Assembly: GCA_951406725.2 (NCBI GenBank)
Contig: OX597819.1
Span: forward strand, 34,100,001-34,164,000
Direction of reading: 5' to 3'
From: Octopus vulgaris
Lineage: Eukaryota
Length of the DNA stretch: 64,000 nucleotides
This document shows, in pieces, positions 37,496 to 51,658 of this stretch (positions are counted from its first letter, which is position 1; each line of letters begins with the position of its first letter). Below the pieces are notes generated by a model. It had not been told where the DNA came from and ran no database searches. It saw nothing but the letters and a program-made list of their open reading frames with translations. Both the position numbers and the translations under genes were made by a program.

Positions 37496-38184
37496 TTTTT
37501 TCACAATACTCTCCACCACTACTAGAATAAGAATAGGGTTGTAAAAGTTAGGGGACCTATAGCCTCGACTGATAAGAAAAGGAGTTTCTTATCAAATAAA
37601 AAGTACCATTTATTTTGGCAAACAAGCCAACGGAGTATACAGTGTAAACCTGTTGTGTAAACATTCAAATATCATCACTTTTTTTTTCAAATTCTGCTGC
37701 CGTTTCACGTGAAATTTTTGGTCCTCCAAAGTTAACTTCATGTGTTAGTCAATTTACCATTCTATGGTTGTAAATGATGGCCTGAATAATTTGACTTGCA
37801 TGCCAGAATATATGGTAAATTGTTAACTGTGATGCTGTATAATAATATACAGTACTCAGGTGCACCACAACTCATCAAAAAAAGTACTTAGAATATGAAC
37901 AGGAAATAAACAGTGAATAGGTCTCAAAAAAAAAGGTGGGGGAAGAATTGGGTGTGTGAGGTGCATCAGGTGTACTGTTAATGAATTTCAAGAAGCATGG
38001 TAATTTTGAAGGTAATTTTGGCGTTAGGAAGGGTATGGCGTTAGGAAGGGCATCCAGCCGTAGAAACATTGCCAGATCAGACTGGGCCTGGTGCAGCCTT
38101 CTGGCTTCCCAGACCCCAGTTGCACCGTCCAACCCATGCCAGCAAGGAAAGCGGATGCTAAACGATGATGATGATAGTGGTAGG

Positions 38185-38570
38185 ATAAGAGTACTGAATG
38201 TAAAGGGTGTGAAAAAGACAGAAAAGAAATGAAAGGAGCACGCTCCACTGGATGTGCAATGTTGGTGTACATGAACAACAAGGCATAGATGAGATGAAAC
38301 AAAAAAATTGGCACGTAGAATGCAAGAGAGATCACTGCATTGGTATGATTATGTAATGTGCACTGATGATGACAAATGGAATAGGAAGTGTCAGAGATCA
38401 GAGTGGAAGGAACCTATTGAAGAGGAAGACCAAGAAAAAACATGGTTAGAGGTAATGAAAGATGATCTCAGGATATTGAATTTCATAATGGAGATGGCAA
38501 AGGAAGATAACAATTAGGAAGACACTGCATTAGAGAAGGCCAAACCATTCAACCCATGCAAGCAAGAAAG
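38185..38570 (+). mobile_element. RTE-type LINE 3' end, probably collinear with 37125-37495
   Basis: LHWMCNV...MQERSLHWYDYVM...RGRPRKTWLEVMKDDLR; ends CAACCCATGCAAGCA. Confidence 0.8.
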
Positions 38571-39034
38571 GGGGAAATGGATGGAATATTAATAATGATG
38601 ATTAGGAGGAAAATAGATTAATTTAGCTGGGAACTAAAAACACAAAAAAAGATATTTTGTAAAATAAATCATGTACCATAATCACAACACTCACAATGAA
38701 ATATTGTCATTAAAAATAAATTGTGCACTACCACAGTAACATTATAACCAACACAGTCACAACAACATCACCATAACAACACCACTACATCCAACACCAA
38801 CCAATGCCATCAGGTAAACAAGAGAATCTTTAAGTAGTAGTCATTTAACATGATCGAAAGAGCAGCCAAATCTTCCTGAAATCATACACTACTGTTTTTT
38901 TAAATAAAGAAAGAGAATTAAATAATATAATCCTTGATCTTTATTTTCAAAGAGATGGGATGGTCGTGGCTGGAACAGTTCTGATCATAGATTGGCTCTT
39001 TTAGAACTGACATAAGACTAAACAGCAATAATAC

Positions 39035-39862
39035 TATCTTTTATCTTTTGTTTCAGTCATTAGACTGCAGCAAAGCTGGGGAACTACTTATCAACCTCAG
39101 TACTTATTTTCTTTTGAAGCCTAGTGCTTATTCTATCGATCCCGTTTACTGAACTGCTAAGTTATGGGAGATATAAACACACTGACACCAGTTGTCAAGT
39201 GATGGGAGTGACAAACATAGACACAAAGACACACACACACACATATGACAGGCTTCTTTCAGTTTCTTCTATCAAATCTGCTCACAAGGTTTTGGTTAAC
39301 CAGATGCTATTGCAAAAGACACTTGCCCAACAAGCCATGCAGTGAAACTGAACCTGGTACCATATGACTGGTAAGCAAACATCTTACCTCACAGCCACAC
39401 CTGCACCTAATTACTACCAGCAACAACAATCACATTAATATCAATGCTACCATACAGGAGTGGCTGTGTGGTAAGTAGCTTGCTAACCAACCACATGGTT
39501 CCGGGTTCAGTCCCACTGCGTGGCACCTTGGGCAAGTGTCTTCTACTATAGCCTCGGGCCGACCAATGCCTTGTGAGTGGATTTGGTAGACGGAAACTGA
39601 AAGAAGCCTGTCGTATATATGTATATATATATATGTATGTGTGTGTGTGTTTGTGTGTCTGTGTTTGTTCCCCTAGCATTGCTTGACAACCGATGCTGGT
39701 GTGTGTTTACATCCCCGTCACTTAGCGGTTCGGCAAAAGAGACCGATAGAATAAGTACTGGGCTTACAAAGAATAAGTCCCGGGGTCGATTTGCTCGACT
39801 AAAGGCGGTGCTCCAGCATGGCCACAGTAAAATGACTGAAACAAGTAAAAGAGAAAAGAGTA
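39035..39862. mobile_element. Head-to-head SINE A pair (39035-39405 minus, old; 39455-39862 plus, young)
   Basis: Opposite-orientation near-full copies about 50 bp apart. Confidence 0.88.
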
Positions 39863-40479
39863 TACTCATGGATATAACATGCATAAAATGATAAATACAA
39901 TGATAAATAACAGTGGAACAAAATTTATGGTAACAATTGCCAAAACAACAACAACAACAACAGGACCAACAAATAACAACAACAATAGGCAAAAGAGCAA
40001 ATAATGAAGGTGTTGGGGCGGAGTAGAATAGAATTGATGGAATTTTTAAAAAAAACTATAAAAGACCTTGTTTTCTTCCTGGCTACTCCTACCCACCCTT
40101 ATATAATGCACAGGGGGGTAGCCATGTATCTCCTCTCTAGCAAGGCACCTGTGCTTGTCTCTCTACCATACTTTAACCTCCCAACAACTAGCAAAGTTCC
40201 ACTACCCCTTCTCTATCTCAAATACTCTCCCCGCCCCCACCACTTAGTCAATGTGGGTTTTTTTCATTTCTTTTGTTCTTTTACTGTTTCATTAGTTACT
40301 TGTGCCAATGGTAGGGAAAAAAAACTACATATCCTGTATGCATTCTAAAGTGGTTGGCATTAGGAAGGGCATCCAGCTGCAGAAATATATATATAGAGAG
40401 AGAGACACACATATATACATATATATACATATATACATATATACATATATACATATATATACATATATACATATATAAA

Positions 40480-40710
40480 GGCGGCGAGCTGGCAGAAATG
40501 TTAGCACGCCGGGCGAAATGCGTAGCCGTATTTCGTCTGCCGTTACGATCTGAGTTCAAATTCCGTCGAGGTCGACTCTGCCTTTCATCCTTTCGGGGTC
40601 GATAAATTAAGTACCAGTTACGCACTGGGATCGATGTAATCAACTTAATCCATTTGTCTGTCCTTGTTTGTCCCCTCTGTGTTTAGCCCCTTGTGGGTAG
40701 TAAAGAAATA
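40480..40710 (+). mobile_element. SINE family B (young)
   Basis: GGCGGCGAGCTGGCAGAAATGTTAGCACGCCGGGCG...; close copies at 41891-42120, 49330-49562(-) and 61945-62172(-). Confidence 0.9.
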
Positions 40711-40768
40711 CATATATACATATACTTATATATATATATATATGATGATGATGATGATGATGATGATG

Positions 40769-40814
<46 letters not shown>

Positions 40815-40954
40815 TGAGAGAAAGACAGAGAGAAAGGCAGACAGACAGACAGACAGAGAAAGAGAGAGAGAAACATACATATACAAATATATGCGCACAT
40901 ATATACTCTGGCTGAATGTATAAACTTAAGGATGATAAACATTTTTATACAAAG

Positions 40955-41290
40955 TTCCAGGTTCAATCCCACTGCGTGACATCTTGGGCAAGTGTCTTCT
41001 TCTATAGCCTCAGGCTGACCAAACCCTTGTGAGTGGATTTGGTAGGTGGAAGCTGAAAGAAGTTCGTTATATATACATGTTTGTGTGTCTGAGCTTGTGA
41101 CCCTACCATCGCTTGACAATCGGAGTTGGTGTGTTTATGTCCTCGTAACTTAGCAGTTCAGCAAAAGAGACCAATAGAATAAGTACTAGGCTAGGCTTAC
41201 AAAGAATAAGTCCTGGGGTCGATTTGTTTGACTAAAGGCAGTGCTCTAGCATGGCCACAGTCAAATGACTGAAACAAATAAAGGAATAAA
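40955..41290 (+). mobile_element. SINE family A (5'-truncated)
   Basis: Family similarity. Confidence 0.85.
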
Positions 41291-42599
41291 AGAAAGAATA
41301 AAAGAATTAATTTTATTTTCCCCTTCTTCAATATGAAAATTACACAGGAGAAAAATTAAGTGTTTCAATTTTAATGCATATCCATGTTAATTCTAGGAAA
41401 TATTGAAATTTTGAATCAAGGTAGCGATTAAACTTTCTTTATTAAAAATTTTAACTTTAATTATTTAATTACCGAGTTATGTCTCCTCAGGTACTCTATT
41501 GTTAGTGTGAGGACAGGTAAGCATATACTTTATAGAAGTATCTGCAGTAATTACCAAATGATTACAACCAGGTGAATAATTCCAGATATTTATACAGATT
41601 TCTACATTAGAAGACAGCCATGGGTAACTGTTCTTGAGAAGGGGACGACATAAGACATTGCTTGTCATCAGGTGATCTGAGACTGTCTATGACTTGTTCA
41701 AACATACATACATATGTATACCCTCCTACATATGCATATGTTTACTCACATATCCATACACAAACATGAACACTCATATATACAAACATATATTGGTTTT
41801 AAATTTTGGCACTGAGCCAGCAATTTTAGGGGAGGGGTAAGTGAGTTACATTGACTGGTACTTATTTCAACTGGTATTTATTTATTTTAAGGCGGCGAGT
41901 TGGCAGAATCGTTAGCAGGCCGGACGAAATTCTTAGCGGTATTTCGTCTGCTGCTACGTTCAGAGTTCAAATTCCGCTGAGGTCGACTTTGCCTTTCATC
42001 CTTTTGGGGTCGATAAATTAGGTACCAGTTACACACTGGGGTCGATATAATCGACTTAATCCGTCTGTCTGTCCTCGTGTGTCTCCTCTGTGTTTAGCCC
42101 CTTGTGGGTAGTAAAGAAATAGGTATTTATTTATTTTGTATGACCCCAAAATGACGAAAGGCAAAGTCAACTTCAGCAGAATTTAAACTCAGAACATGAA
42201 GACAGACGAAATGGCACCAAGCATTTTTCCTAGTATGCTACTAATTCTGCCAGCTTGCGACTTTCATATATACAAACATATATTCAAAACATAACACACA
42301 CACATGTTGAAACCATGCCAAAACAGATACAGAACACGTGCAGCTTTCCAACTGGTCAGCTCCTGTCAAACCGTCCAACCCATGCCAGCATGGAAAGCAG
42401 ATGCTAAATTATGACGATGATGATGAATAAATGGATCAGCAATGTAAAACAATGAAGGCCTTATGTTTTAGAAGAGAGAGAGGTTAAAGGGACTGTGTGA
42501 TGTGCATGCCTTTCTAAGTCTTATTTACAGTATCATTGAATTGAGATGACTTTAACAAGGAACTGAACCCTAAAACTTATATTTTGCATTATGACATAC

Positions 42600-42828
42600 C
42601 AACAATAATATTTTCTAATACAGTCAGAAGGCCACAAATTTGGTACTAGGAATGGGGTCAATCAAATATATCAACTCCAGTTCTTGACTGCTACATCATT
42701 TTATCAACTGGGGAAGGATGAAAGGGAAAGTTGTCTTTAGCAAGGTTTGAACTCAGAATGTAAAGAGCTGGCTTGTCAGAAGCTCTAATGATTCAATTAC
42801 ACCATCACTCCTAATAATAATAATAATG

Positions 42829-42895
<67 letters not shown>

Positions 42896-43019
42896 TAATA
42901 ATAATAATAATAAATGGCGGTGCCCCAGCATGGCCACAGCTCGTGAGCTGAAACTAGAATCAATCAATCAATCAATAATAACAACAAAAACAATAATAAT
43001 AATTATTATTATTACTATT

Positions 43020-43061
<42 letters not shown>

Positions 43062-43838
43062 GTTATTATTATTATTACAATAACCCCTTCTATTATAGGC
43101 ACAAGGCCTGAAATTTTGGGTGAGGTGGGGGCAGTCAATTAGATCAACCTCAGTACACAACTGGTACTTAATTTATCAACCCTGAAAGGATAAAAGGCAA
43201 AGTCGACCTCAACAGAATTTGATCTTAGAACTAAGGACAGACAAAATGCTGCTATGCACCAGCATGCTAATGATTCTAACAACAACAACAACAATAATAG
43301 TAATAATTATTTCAAATTTTTGCACAAGGCCAGCAGGTTTTGGAGGAGGAGCTATGTCAATTAAATCAGCTCCAGTGCAGAATTGGTACTTATTTTATTG
43401 ACCCCGAAAGGATAAAAGGCAAAGTCAACTTCAGTGGGAATTGAACTTAGAACATAAAGATTGGCGAAATGTCGCTAAGCATGCTCAGCATGCTAAAGAT
43501 TCTGCCACTAATAATAAAATTGGTTTCATATTTTGGCACCAAGCCAGTAATCTTAAGGGGAGTGCAAGTCAATTACATTGATCCTAGTATTCAACTGGTA
43601 CTTATTTTATCGACCCCTGAAAGTATGAAAGGCAAAGTAAACCCTGATGAAATTTGAACTCAGAACGTAAAGACAAACAAAATGCCACTAAGCATTTTGC
43701 CTGATATGCTAACGATTCTGTTGGCTTGCCACCTTGCCTGCCAAAATAATAATGTTTCCGAATTTTGGCACAAGACCAGCAATTTTAGAGGAGGGGGTAA
43801 GTCAATTTCATCAACTTTAGTCATTCAACAGGTACTTA

Positions 43839-43840
<2 letters not shown>
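42600..43840 (-). mobile_element. Head-to-tail array of about 5 SINE family B copies separated by (AAT)n
   Basis: Copies near 42610, 43090, 43315, 43525 and 43760. Confidence 0.8.
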
Positions 43841-43905
<65 letters not shown>

Positions 43906-43950
43906 CATTATTATTATTAATTATTATTATTATTTTTATTATTATTATTA

Positions 43951-43987
<37 letters not shown>

Positions 43988-43997
43988 CATTATTTTT

Positions 43998-44037
<40 letters not shown>

Positions 44038-44043
44038 CCATCA

Positions 44044-44078
<35 letters not shown>

Positions 44079-44081
44079 TAT

Positions 44082-44122
<41 letters not shown>

Positions 44123-44810
44123 TAAATGATAATGATAATAACAACAGGAAGAGTATGAAGCAACAGTAGTGGAAAGTGGAAAGGAAGGGGGCAAGAAATG
44201 AAGAAAGTGAAAAGGAAGAAAATCACTCTGCTAATGAAGTATATTAGTGAAGAAGGTGAAGCTGGAAGAGTGACAATAAATGTTGAACAAGACTTGAACG
44301 ATCAAGAGAAGAAGACTGTGCCAGGTTTACCGCCTTAACAATGATAATATTGATAATAATATTAATACTGTGAAAAGAATCTTTCACACGAGTTATGAAT
44401 TATATCCAAGGATCTAACTGAAAAGAAAAGAAAAGAAAAAAAGATCAACTGGTTCCAACTAAGAATTGGAAATGGATAGCAGATGTTGCTGCTACACATC
44501 TGCATTCAACATGTTGATGATGATTATGATGTTGATGACAATGATGATGATGATGATGATGATGATGATTATGATGATGATGACAGTGGTAATTATGATG
44601 ACAATGACAAAAATGGTAACTATAATGATGTTGATAATAATGATGAGGATGATGTCAGTGATAATGATGATGATGATGATGATTATGATGATGATGACAG
44701 TGGTAATTATGATGACAATGACAAAAATGGTAACTATAATGATGTTGATAATAATGATGATGATGATGTCAGTGATAATGATGATGATGGTGATGGTGAT
44801 GATGATACCT
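43840..44810. repeat. (ATT)/(CAT)/(GAT) microsatellites, with a 114-bp tandem duplication at ~44567-44790
   Basis: TGACAGTGGTAATTAT occurs at 44581 and 44695. Confidence 0.9.
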
Positions 44811-45248
44811 AATGTAAAAAATTAATCTGATAAAGACCAAATCAAACAACAAAATAATAGCCAAAATTATCTGGAAATACCAAAATCTATCACAAAAAAA
44901 AATCATTTCTTCAAGAATAAATAAATCAAATATAAGATAATAAAATAAATTACTATTCTTGTGGTTTTAGAAACAAAGCCAGTGGAATGGTGAAAAAGTG
45001 GACCAAAGATTTAAGGGTAGAATGGATGTTTACAATAGACAATAGACTTACTCCATTGTTTCTGGCGTTCCATCATTTAAGGGGTTCAAATCCCTTAATT
45101 TTGTCTGCCCCAGGGTAATAAAGCCAGCAGCATTCTTTAAAACCGACTTGCCTTCCTTCTCCCCAGCTATGAACTAAACAGGCAGACAGATACACATACC
45201 TACATACCTATACATATAGATATATATATGCATGGATGTATGTATATA

Positions 45249-45309
<61 letters not shown>

Positions 45310-46183
45310 ATACACATTTGTATGTGTATGTATATGGACACATACGTATAGTAGTTTGCTTCACAAAGATTCTAGCTTCAACACATAGCCAAACATCACT
45401 ACCACCATTCAGTAACTAATACTAGGTGCCACAGAAGAAATAGTAGTAGTAGTAGAGTTAGGCGGGGGGTGGGGAGGTAAGAAATCAGGGGTAGAAAGAG
45501 AGACAGAGAGAGAGAGAGACAAAGAACGACAGAGGTAGGAGGGGAGGAAGAAAGTGATGAGGAAACACAATATGGAGAAAGGTGAAGGGGAGGGAGAAAG
45601 ATACACAGCTGTAAAAGAAGTAAAAGACATGTAATATGATTTTTTTATTGTTTTTTTTTTTTTCAAATAGCAGCACCTCAAAGTAACAGCAGTACCATTT
45701 CCCACCCTATTCCACTACCACCACCACCATCGCCATCACCACTATCACCAATACACAGAATTTCTGTCTGCTTCTTCTCTGCTAGAACCACACCCATGTT
45801 GTACAGTCCCTAAAACTTATATACTTTTCATGTAAGTTGCTAAAGATATGGCTTCCCAATCTATTCTTGACTTTTCAATAGATGGCTGTACACATGTCAA
45901 GGAAATGCCATGTGTGTATATGTGTGCGTATAGTTATCCATGGATGGGTGTTTATTGTGTGTGTGTGTGTGTGTCTGTGTGTCTTTGTGACCTCTGCCCT
46001 CTTAAAAATAAATTTCAAATTTCTCCAGGTGAGTTAAAATTAAATAGACCAAAGTCTTTTGCAATAAAAGTCATAAACAGGAGACAGGTAGACAGAAAGT
46101 TATATCAACTGAAATTATTAGGGTACACGTGTGCTTGTGTGTGTTTTGTGTGTGTATGAGGAGGGTATAATAATAAATTATTA

Positions 46184-46235
<52 letters not shown>

Positions 46236-46827
46236 CATACAAGAATGTTCTTGGAAGTGACCTCAAAATTTTGGCCAACTAAGCTATTGTCAGTTGTCAG
46301 GCAGTCCAATGATAACATCGTTGGCTAGAACTTCGAAGTCACTAAAAAACATTTTTGTATAAGAATAATAAATTTATACTCTACAAAAGTATAGAGTAAC
46401 CCTTGTTTTTATTATAACTCTGTGTGTGTGTGTGTGTGTATAGCTGTCTGGTTAAGAAGCTTGCTTCCCAACCATGTGCATAGCATCTTGGGCAAGTGTC
46501 TTCTACTATAGCCCCAGACCAACCAAAGCCTAGTGAGATGGATTTGGTAGACGGAAACTTAAAGAAGCCTATCGTATGTGCATATGTGGGTGTGGATGTA
46601 CCCTTGCCTTGACATTACATGCTGGTTATAATGGAGCATCATTGTCATACAAGAGTTGTTTTTTGTTTCCAGTCTTCCTTGAAAAACATGTTTGGCGATA
46701 GGAAAATAATACCTTGCTCAGAAACAAGGTCAGGGTTGGCAACAGAAAGAGCATCCAGCCATAGAAAATCTGTCTCAACAAATTCCATCTGACCTCATGC
46801 AAGCAAGAAAAAGTTAATGTTAAAACA

Positions 46828-47036
46828 GTGGTGGTTGTGGAGGTGGTGGTGGTGGTGGTGGTGTTGGTGTTGGTGGTGGTGGTGGTGGTGGTTTGGTGGT
46901 GGTGTGTGTGTGGGTGATGGGTGTGTTTTGGGTGGTGGGTGTGTTTTGGGTGGTGGTGGTGGTGGTGGTGGTGGTGGTAGTGGTGGTGGTGGTGGTGTTG
47001 GTGGTGGTGGTGGTGGTGGTGATGGTGGTGATGATG
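46828..47036. repeat. (GGT)n microsatellite
   Basis: Direct reading. Confidence 0.95.
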
Positions 47037-50000
47037 CAAAACCTCAGAACTATATTCATCCTTAATGTACAAGTCCCCTGCTTTACTTACAGAGGAGGGG
47101 AACTGGGAATGTGCAACATTCATGATTTAAATATTTGAAAAGTTTCAAACATCACGCAATCAGTTAAAAATCTATTAGGCTTAAAGCAACAATTAAAAAT
47201 CAGCTGAATCTAAAAGAACAGTTACAAATGAAAATCTTGTCATTCTGTCTTGAATAAAATAAAGTTTACTTTGTGTGAATTATTGTTGTCTCAGTAGACA
47301 GATTTATGTGTTCCTACCATGACCATTCCATCTCATTATCAGACACTCTATCAATGATTGTATTGTCATTAAGCTCTACAGATCTCCCAGGATAATGCTC
47401 GGCTCCTAGACCGTAGTCTCCAGCTTGGAATTTCTAGAGCCACTATTGACATTAGCTTATGCTTATTGTCCAATCTCCATATACTGCATTAATATTCCTC
47501 ACACTTTTTATTGCATTGTTGCCTTTATTGAACTTATGAAGCAAAATATCCTGAATATGCACATTATAGCTTTGAGAAAATAACTGTTAAAATCAAACTG
47601 CACTCTTCAAGAATAAGAACAAAGTAAAATTAAGAATAAGGACACGGTAAAATTACTACCTGCTTTTATAGTAAGTTGGGACAGGTAGTTTATCCCAACC
47701 CCCTCCGACTTTTAGCTTATGCAGTTGAAAAAAACTGCATCAATTATGGGATGACCCAATAGATATGGATATAAGCTTTTATAAAATTTACACTACTGTC
47801 AAGTGTAACGCACATTTATTCATATTGTTTTGAAGTAACTATTCATTATCTCGTAGCTTTGAGATTTCAATGATGTGATTGTTTATTTTTAGAATGACAT
47901 TGTAGGGTAAGTGTGAGATACCAGATCCAGCTGGTTTGAACATAAAACAGTTAGAATATTCAGACCAGATATGGCCTGTTTCAATGCAAAAAAGTTTGTT
48001 CAAATTTTATTTATATTAACATAAATGAACTAAAACTAATTTCAAAAAAATATTACTATGTAAGAATGGCTATTAACTCTTTCGTTACCAGCCTGGCTGA
48101 AACCAGCTCTGGATCTGAGTACAAATGCCTTGTTTTCAAAAGTTTTGAATTAAAATCTTCCACCAAACCTTAGTCACAATTTATGTTCCTAACACTAGCT
48201 GAATGATAACTAAGCTATTTTACTAAATTCTTTGTTATATTTAAAATAACTGAGAAAAAAACAGAGCATCTCAAAATATATACAGTAACGAAAGGGCTAA
48301 TATGTATTTGGGCAGAAATATGCCTCTGCTACTAATTAAAATTGTGATGATAGAAAGGTTTGTCATAAGTTTGAACTCAAATGTCACATTTATAAAATAA
48401 ATGATTCCTTAGATGAAAAGACAGAAGTCCAGAAAAATTAATGGAAATATAACTGAAGCTAACTATATATTCATTTATATCTATAAATGGACCACCGACA
48501 TTACTGTAAGATTTATTCCAATACATGTATAATTATTTTCCTTCTGTATAAATATTGTCAAAATGATATTACAGCCACAACATACAATAGAAAGACAAGA
48601 AAACAGTCAGACAAACATAATAAATACCACAAAACAGGAAGAATCAGACAACCAAATAAGTAAATAATAATAGTAGCAGAATATAACTGAATAAAGAATG
48701 AGGAAATGAGTGACCAAATACTATTACTAAACAGAATAAAAATCTGATTGCAGAACAGTGGTGGATGTTAGGGCAAGAGTATAACTTCAAAAAAATTATG
48801 TCTAAAACCAGTCCACAGATCTTGTTTTCTCTGTGTTTTGCAATTTGTATCAAAAGGACCGCCAACAAATTTTACTCTAACAATATAAATTTGAATAATT
48901 ACCAACTATCACAGCTCATCACACCTCTCTCTCTCTCTCTTCCTCCCTCCTCCTCCTCCTCTCTTCCTCCCTCCTCCTCCTCTCTCTCTCTTCCTCCCTT
49001 CCCCCCTCTCTCTTTCTCTCTCCCTCTTCTCAATCTCATGCACTCTATGTATCTTATCTATCATTGGTTTCTGTTTCATTATTTGTTTCCTATTAGCTAC
49101 ATTTCTCCTGTTTTTCTTTACTTACCCTCTGCTAGTGTCTAGTTTATGACAACCTAAAACTATCATATACTTACAACTAGTTTTACTATATATGGTAATA
49201 ATATCCAACATGAAATTACATTCTTTCTTCCTTCTACTCAATAAATTTACCTTCACACATTATTTTGTCTTCACAATTCTTTGTCTACATCTATTTTCTT
49301 TGTGATAAAAGTTTCATGATATCAGCATTTATTTCTTTATTTACCCACAAGGGACTAAACATAGAGGGGACAAACAAGGACAGACAAAGGGATTAAGTCG
49401 ATTACAATGACCCCAGTGCGTAACTGGTACTTAATTTATTGACCCCGAAAGGATGAAAGGCAAAGTCGACGTCGGTGGAATTTGAGCTCAGAACATAATG
49501 GCAGACGAAATAGCACTAAGCATTTCACCCGGCATGCTAACGTTTCTGCCAGCTCACCGCCTTGATACCAGCACTTGAGGGGTAGCCATGTCCTCAACAC
49601 AACTAAAGGGACCTTACAACTCCCAAGTTTCTGCTTGCTCAGCAGCCTTTTTATGAACTGAGACACATGAGTGATAGAGGCATGAGTGATATTAAAGAGA
49701 GAGGTGCATGATAAAGGGAGGAGTGGTAGGAGTCTATGCAGTATTGGGAAATAGATGTGTATACAAGCCAATACAGCAGGACTGAAATGGCAGCAAGATG
49801 ATAGCGGTCTATGTCACCCAGAAAATAGTGCAATGACAGGGGCTCAAAAGGTGTGGGAGAAAAGGAATGAGAGGACGCTGACAAACAGTGTAACATAGGA
49901 TGATGACAGGCAGTATAGAAAGGGAGGGTGAAGGTAGACTGAACTAGGCCCAAGTGGTCCAGTGTAGCCCCTTATACATAGGTTGTGAAATAGGCTGAAG

Positions 50001-50274
50001 TGGTCATGTGAAGAGAGTGGTGATAGAGGAAATGGAAAGTAGATGAGTTCTGTACTAGCGAGTAGCATAAAAGAATGATAGAGTGAGGGTTAGAAGAAGA
50101 AACAGGAGCAGTGGCATCTTTAGCTGCACAGACTGAAAACAATGTATGATGAACAAAAGAGACCCACAGCCATAATCAGTGGATCTCTTCTGTTCACTCT
50201 ATATTGATTCTGGATGAACAAAAATAAAAAAATGGGAATTGAGTTGAGGAAGAACTGAGGGGTACTTCTCTTCA

Positions 50275-50595
50275 CACTCCGTAGATTATGACAACAAGTG
50301 TTCCAGTTGATCTGATCAATAGAACAGCCCACACATTGAAATTAAGGAGCAAGTGGTTGAGCACTCCAAGGCACATGTGCCCTTAACATAGTTCTTAGGA
50401 AGATTCAGCCTGACACAGAATGTGACAAGCCAGACCCTTTGCAAAACAAGTACTACTCATTTTTGTTAATTGAGTGAACGGGAGCAACATGAAATAAAGT
50501 GTCTTGCTCAAGGGAACAATGCACAGCCTGGTATCGAACTCACAATCGCATGATCTTGAGCTCAGTACACTAACCATGAAGCCAAGCACCTTCCC
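50275..50595 (-). mobile_element. SINE related to family C
   Basis: Shares GTGGTTGAGCACTCCA...GACACAGAATGTGACAAG with 35450-35530; tRNA-like head. Confidence 0.75.
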
Positions 50596-50764
50596 TGGGT
50601 ACTTATCTACTGATTTGGTTTCATGGTGAATTTTATATCTATATTTTAGTAAATAGTGATTGATTGGCTATTTGAAGGTCTTCTTTAATTTTAAAGTGAA
50701 ATTTAATGAATCATGAAGAATTTTTGATTGCAACCTTCAACCATACTTACAGCATGCTTATATT

Positions 50765-51049
50765 AGTTGGTTCCTGAAAGTCACAGATATGTTCCAACTT
50801 ATGCAGTGAAAATCGTTTATCTTTTATCAACCTATGTTACTGTCGCCATATATATTGTAAAGGAGGAAGGTGATTTAGTGGACTAATGACTTATCACCAG
50901 AACCACAGAGGGAAACACTCACATAGGGAAAAACAACATCCAACAACCTTTTTAGGCCACCCCATTGTTGTCCCACTATTCTTCAAGACTGCCCCTAAAT
51001 CTTTTCGCTGCCCCCAGGGGGCAGTACCGTCCCACTTTGGGAACCACTG
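50765..51049. mobile_element. hAT-type MITE
   Basis: TGGTTCCTGAAAGT ... ACTTTGGGAACCACTG termini. Confidence 0.55.
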
Positions 51050-51374
51050 CTTTATATCATCATCTATTTATATCATTATCTATTTTAATAGGAACTAAAA
51101 TATCACACATTTCCTTTCATTGCATGCACTCATTAAATTCTTAATTAACTGAGATTTGAGGGGTCATCTTCCTAACACTTTTCATCAGAATTACTACTTT
51201 AAATTAATGATTCTTTCTCCTCCTCCTCCTCCTCCCCCTCCTTACATCATATATAAACTGTAAGTAATTAATACATTGTTTGGTCATCCAAAACAAAAAA
51301 AATATAGTTTCACATCAGAAATCACAGTAAATTAAAGTCATTTAAGAAACTGCGGTATTTGAGACATTCTATTA

Positions 51375-51405
<31 letters not shown>

Positions 51406-51658
51406 CATTATTATTATTATTATTATTATCATTATTAGGGCAGCATGAGAATCGTTTCCACACCAGACAGAATGCTTTGCGGCATTTTGTCTGCCCTTAC
51501 GTTCTGAGTTCAAATTATGCTGAGGTCGACTTTGCCTTTCAATAAAATAAAATAAGCACCACTTATACACTGGGCCCGATGTAACTGACTAGCCTTCTCC
51601 CCAAAATTTCAGGCCTTGTGCCTTTAGTAGAAAGGTTTATTATTATTGTTAAATTTTG

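Noticed and set aside
41491-41516. Plus-strand 26-nt microexon (cag|...CAG|gtaagc)
   Set aside because: Short pyrimidine tract, isolated, and on the opposite strand to the stronger splice signals; not supportable without RNA data
44198-44338. 46-aa plus-strand ORF MKKVKRKK...GLPP
   Set aside because: Short, no recognisable domain, and its end overlaps a reversed SINE B-like head
49650-50200. Minus-strand ORFs / possible LINE endonuclease remnant
   Set aside because: No consistent motif order or splice signals; unassigned
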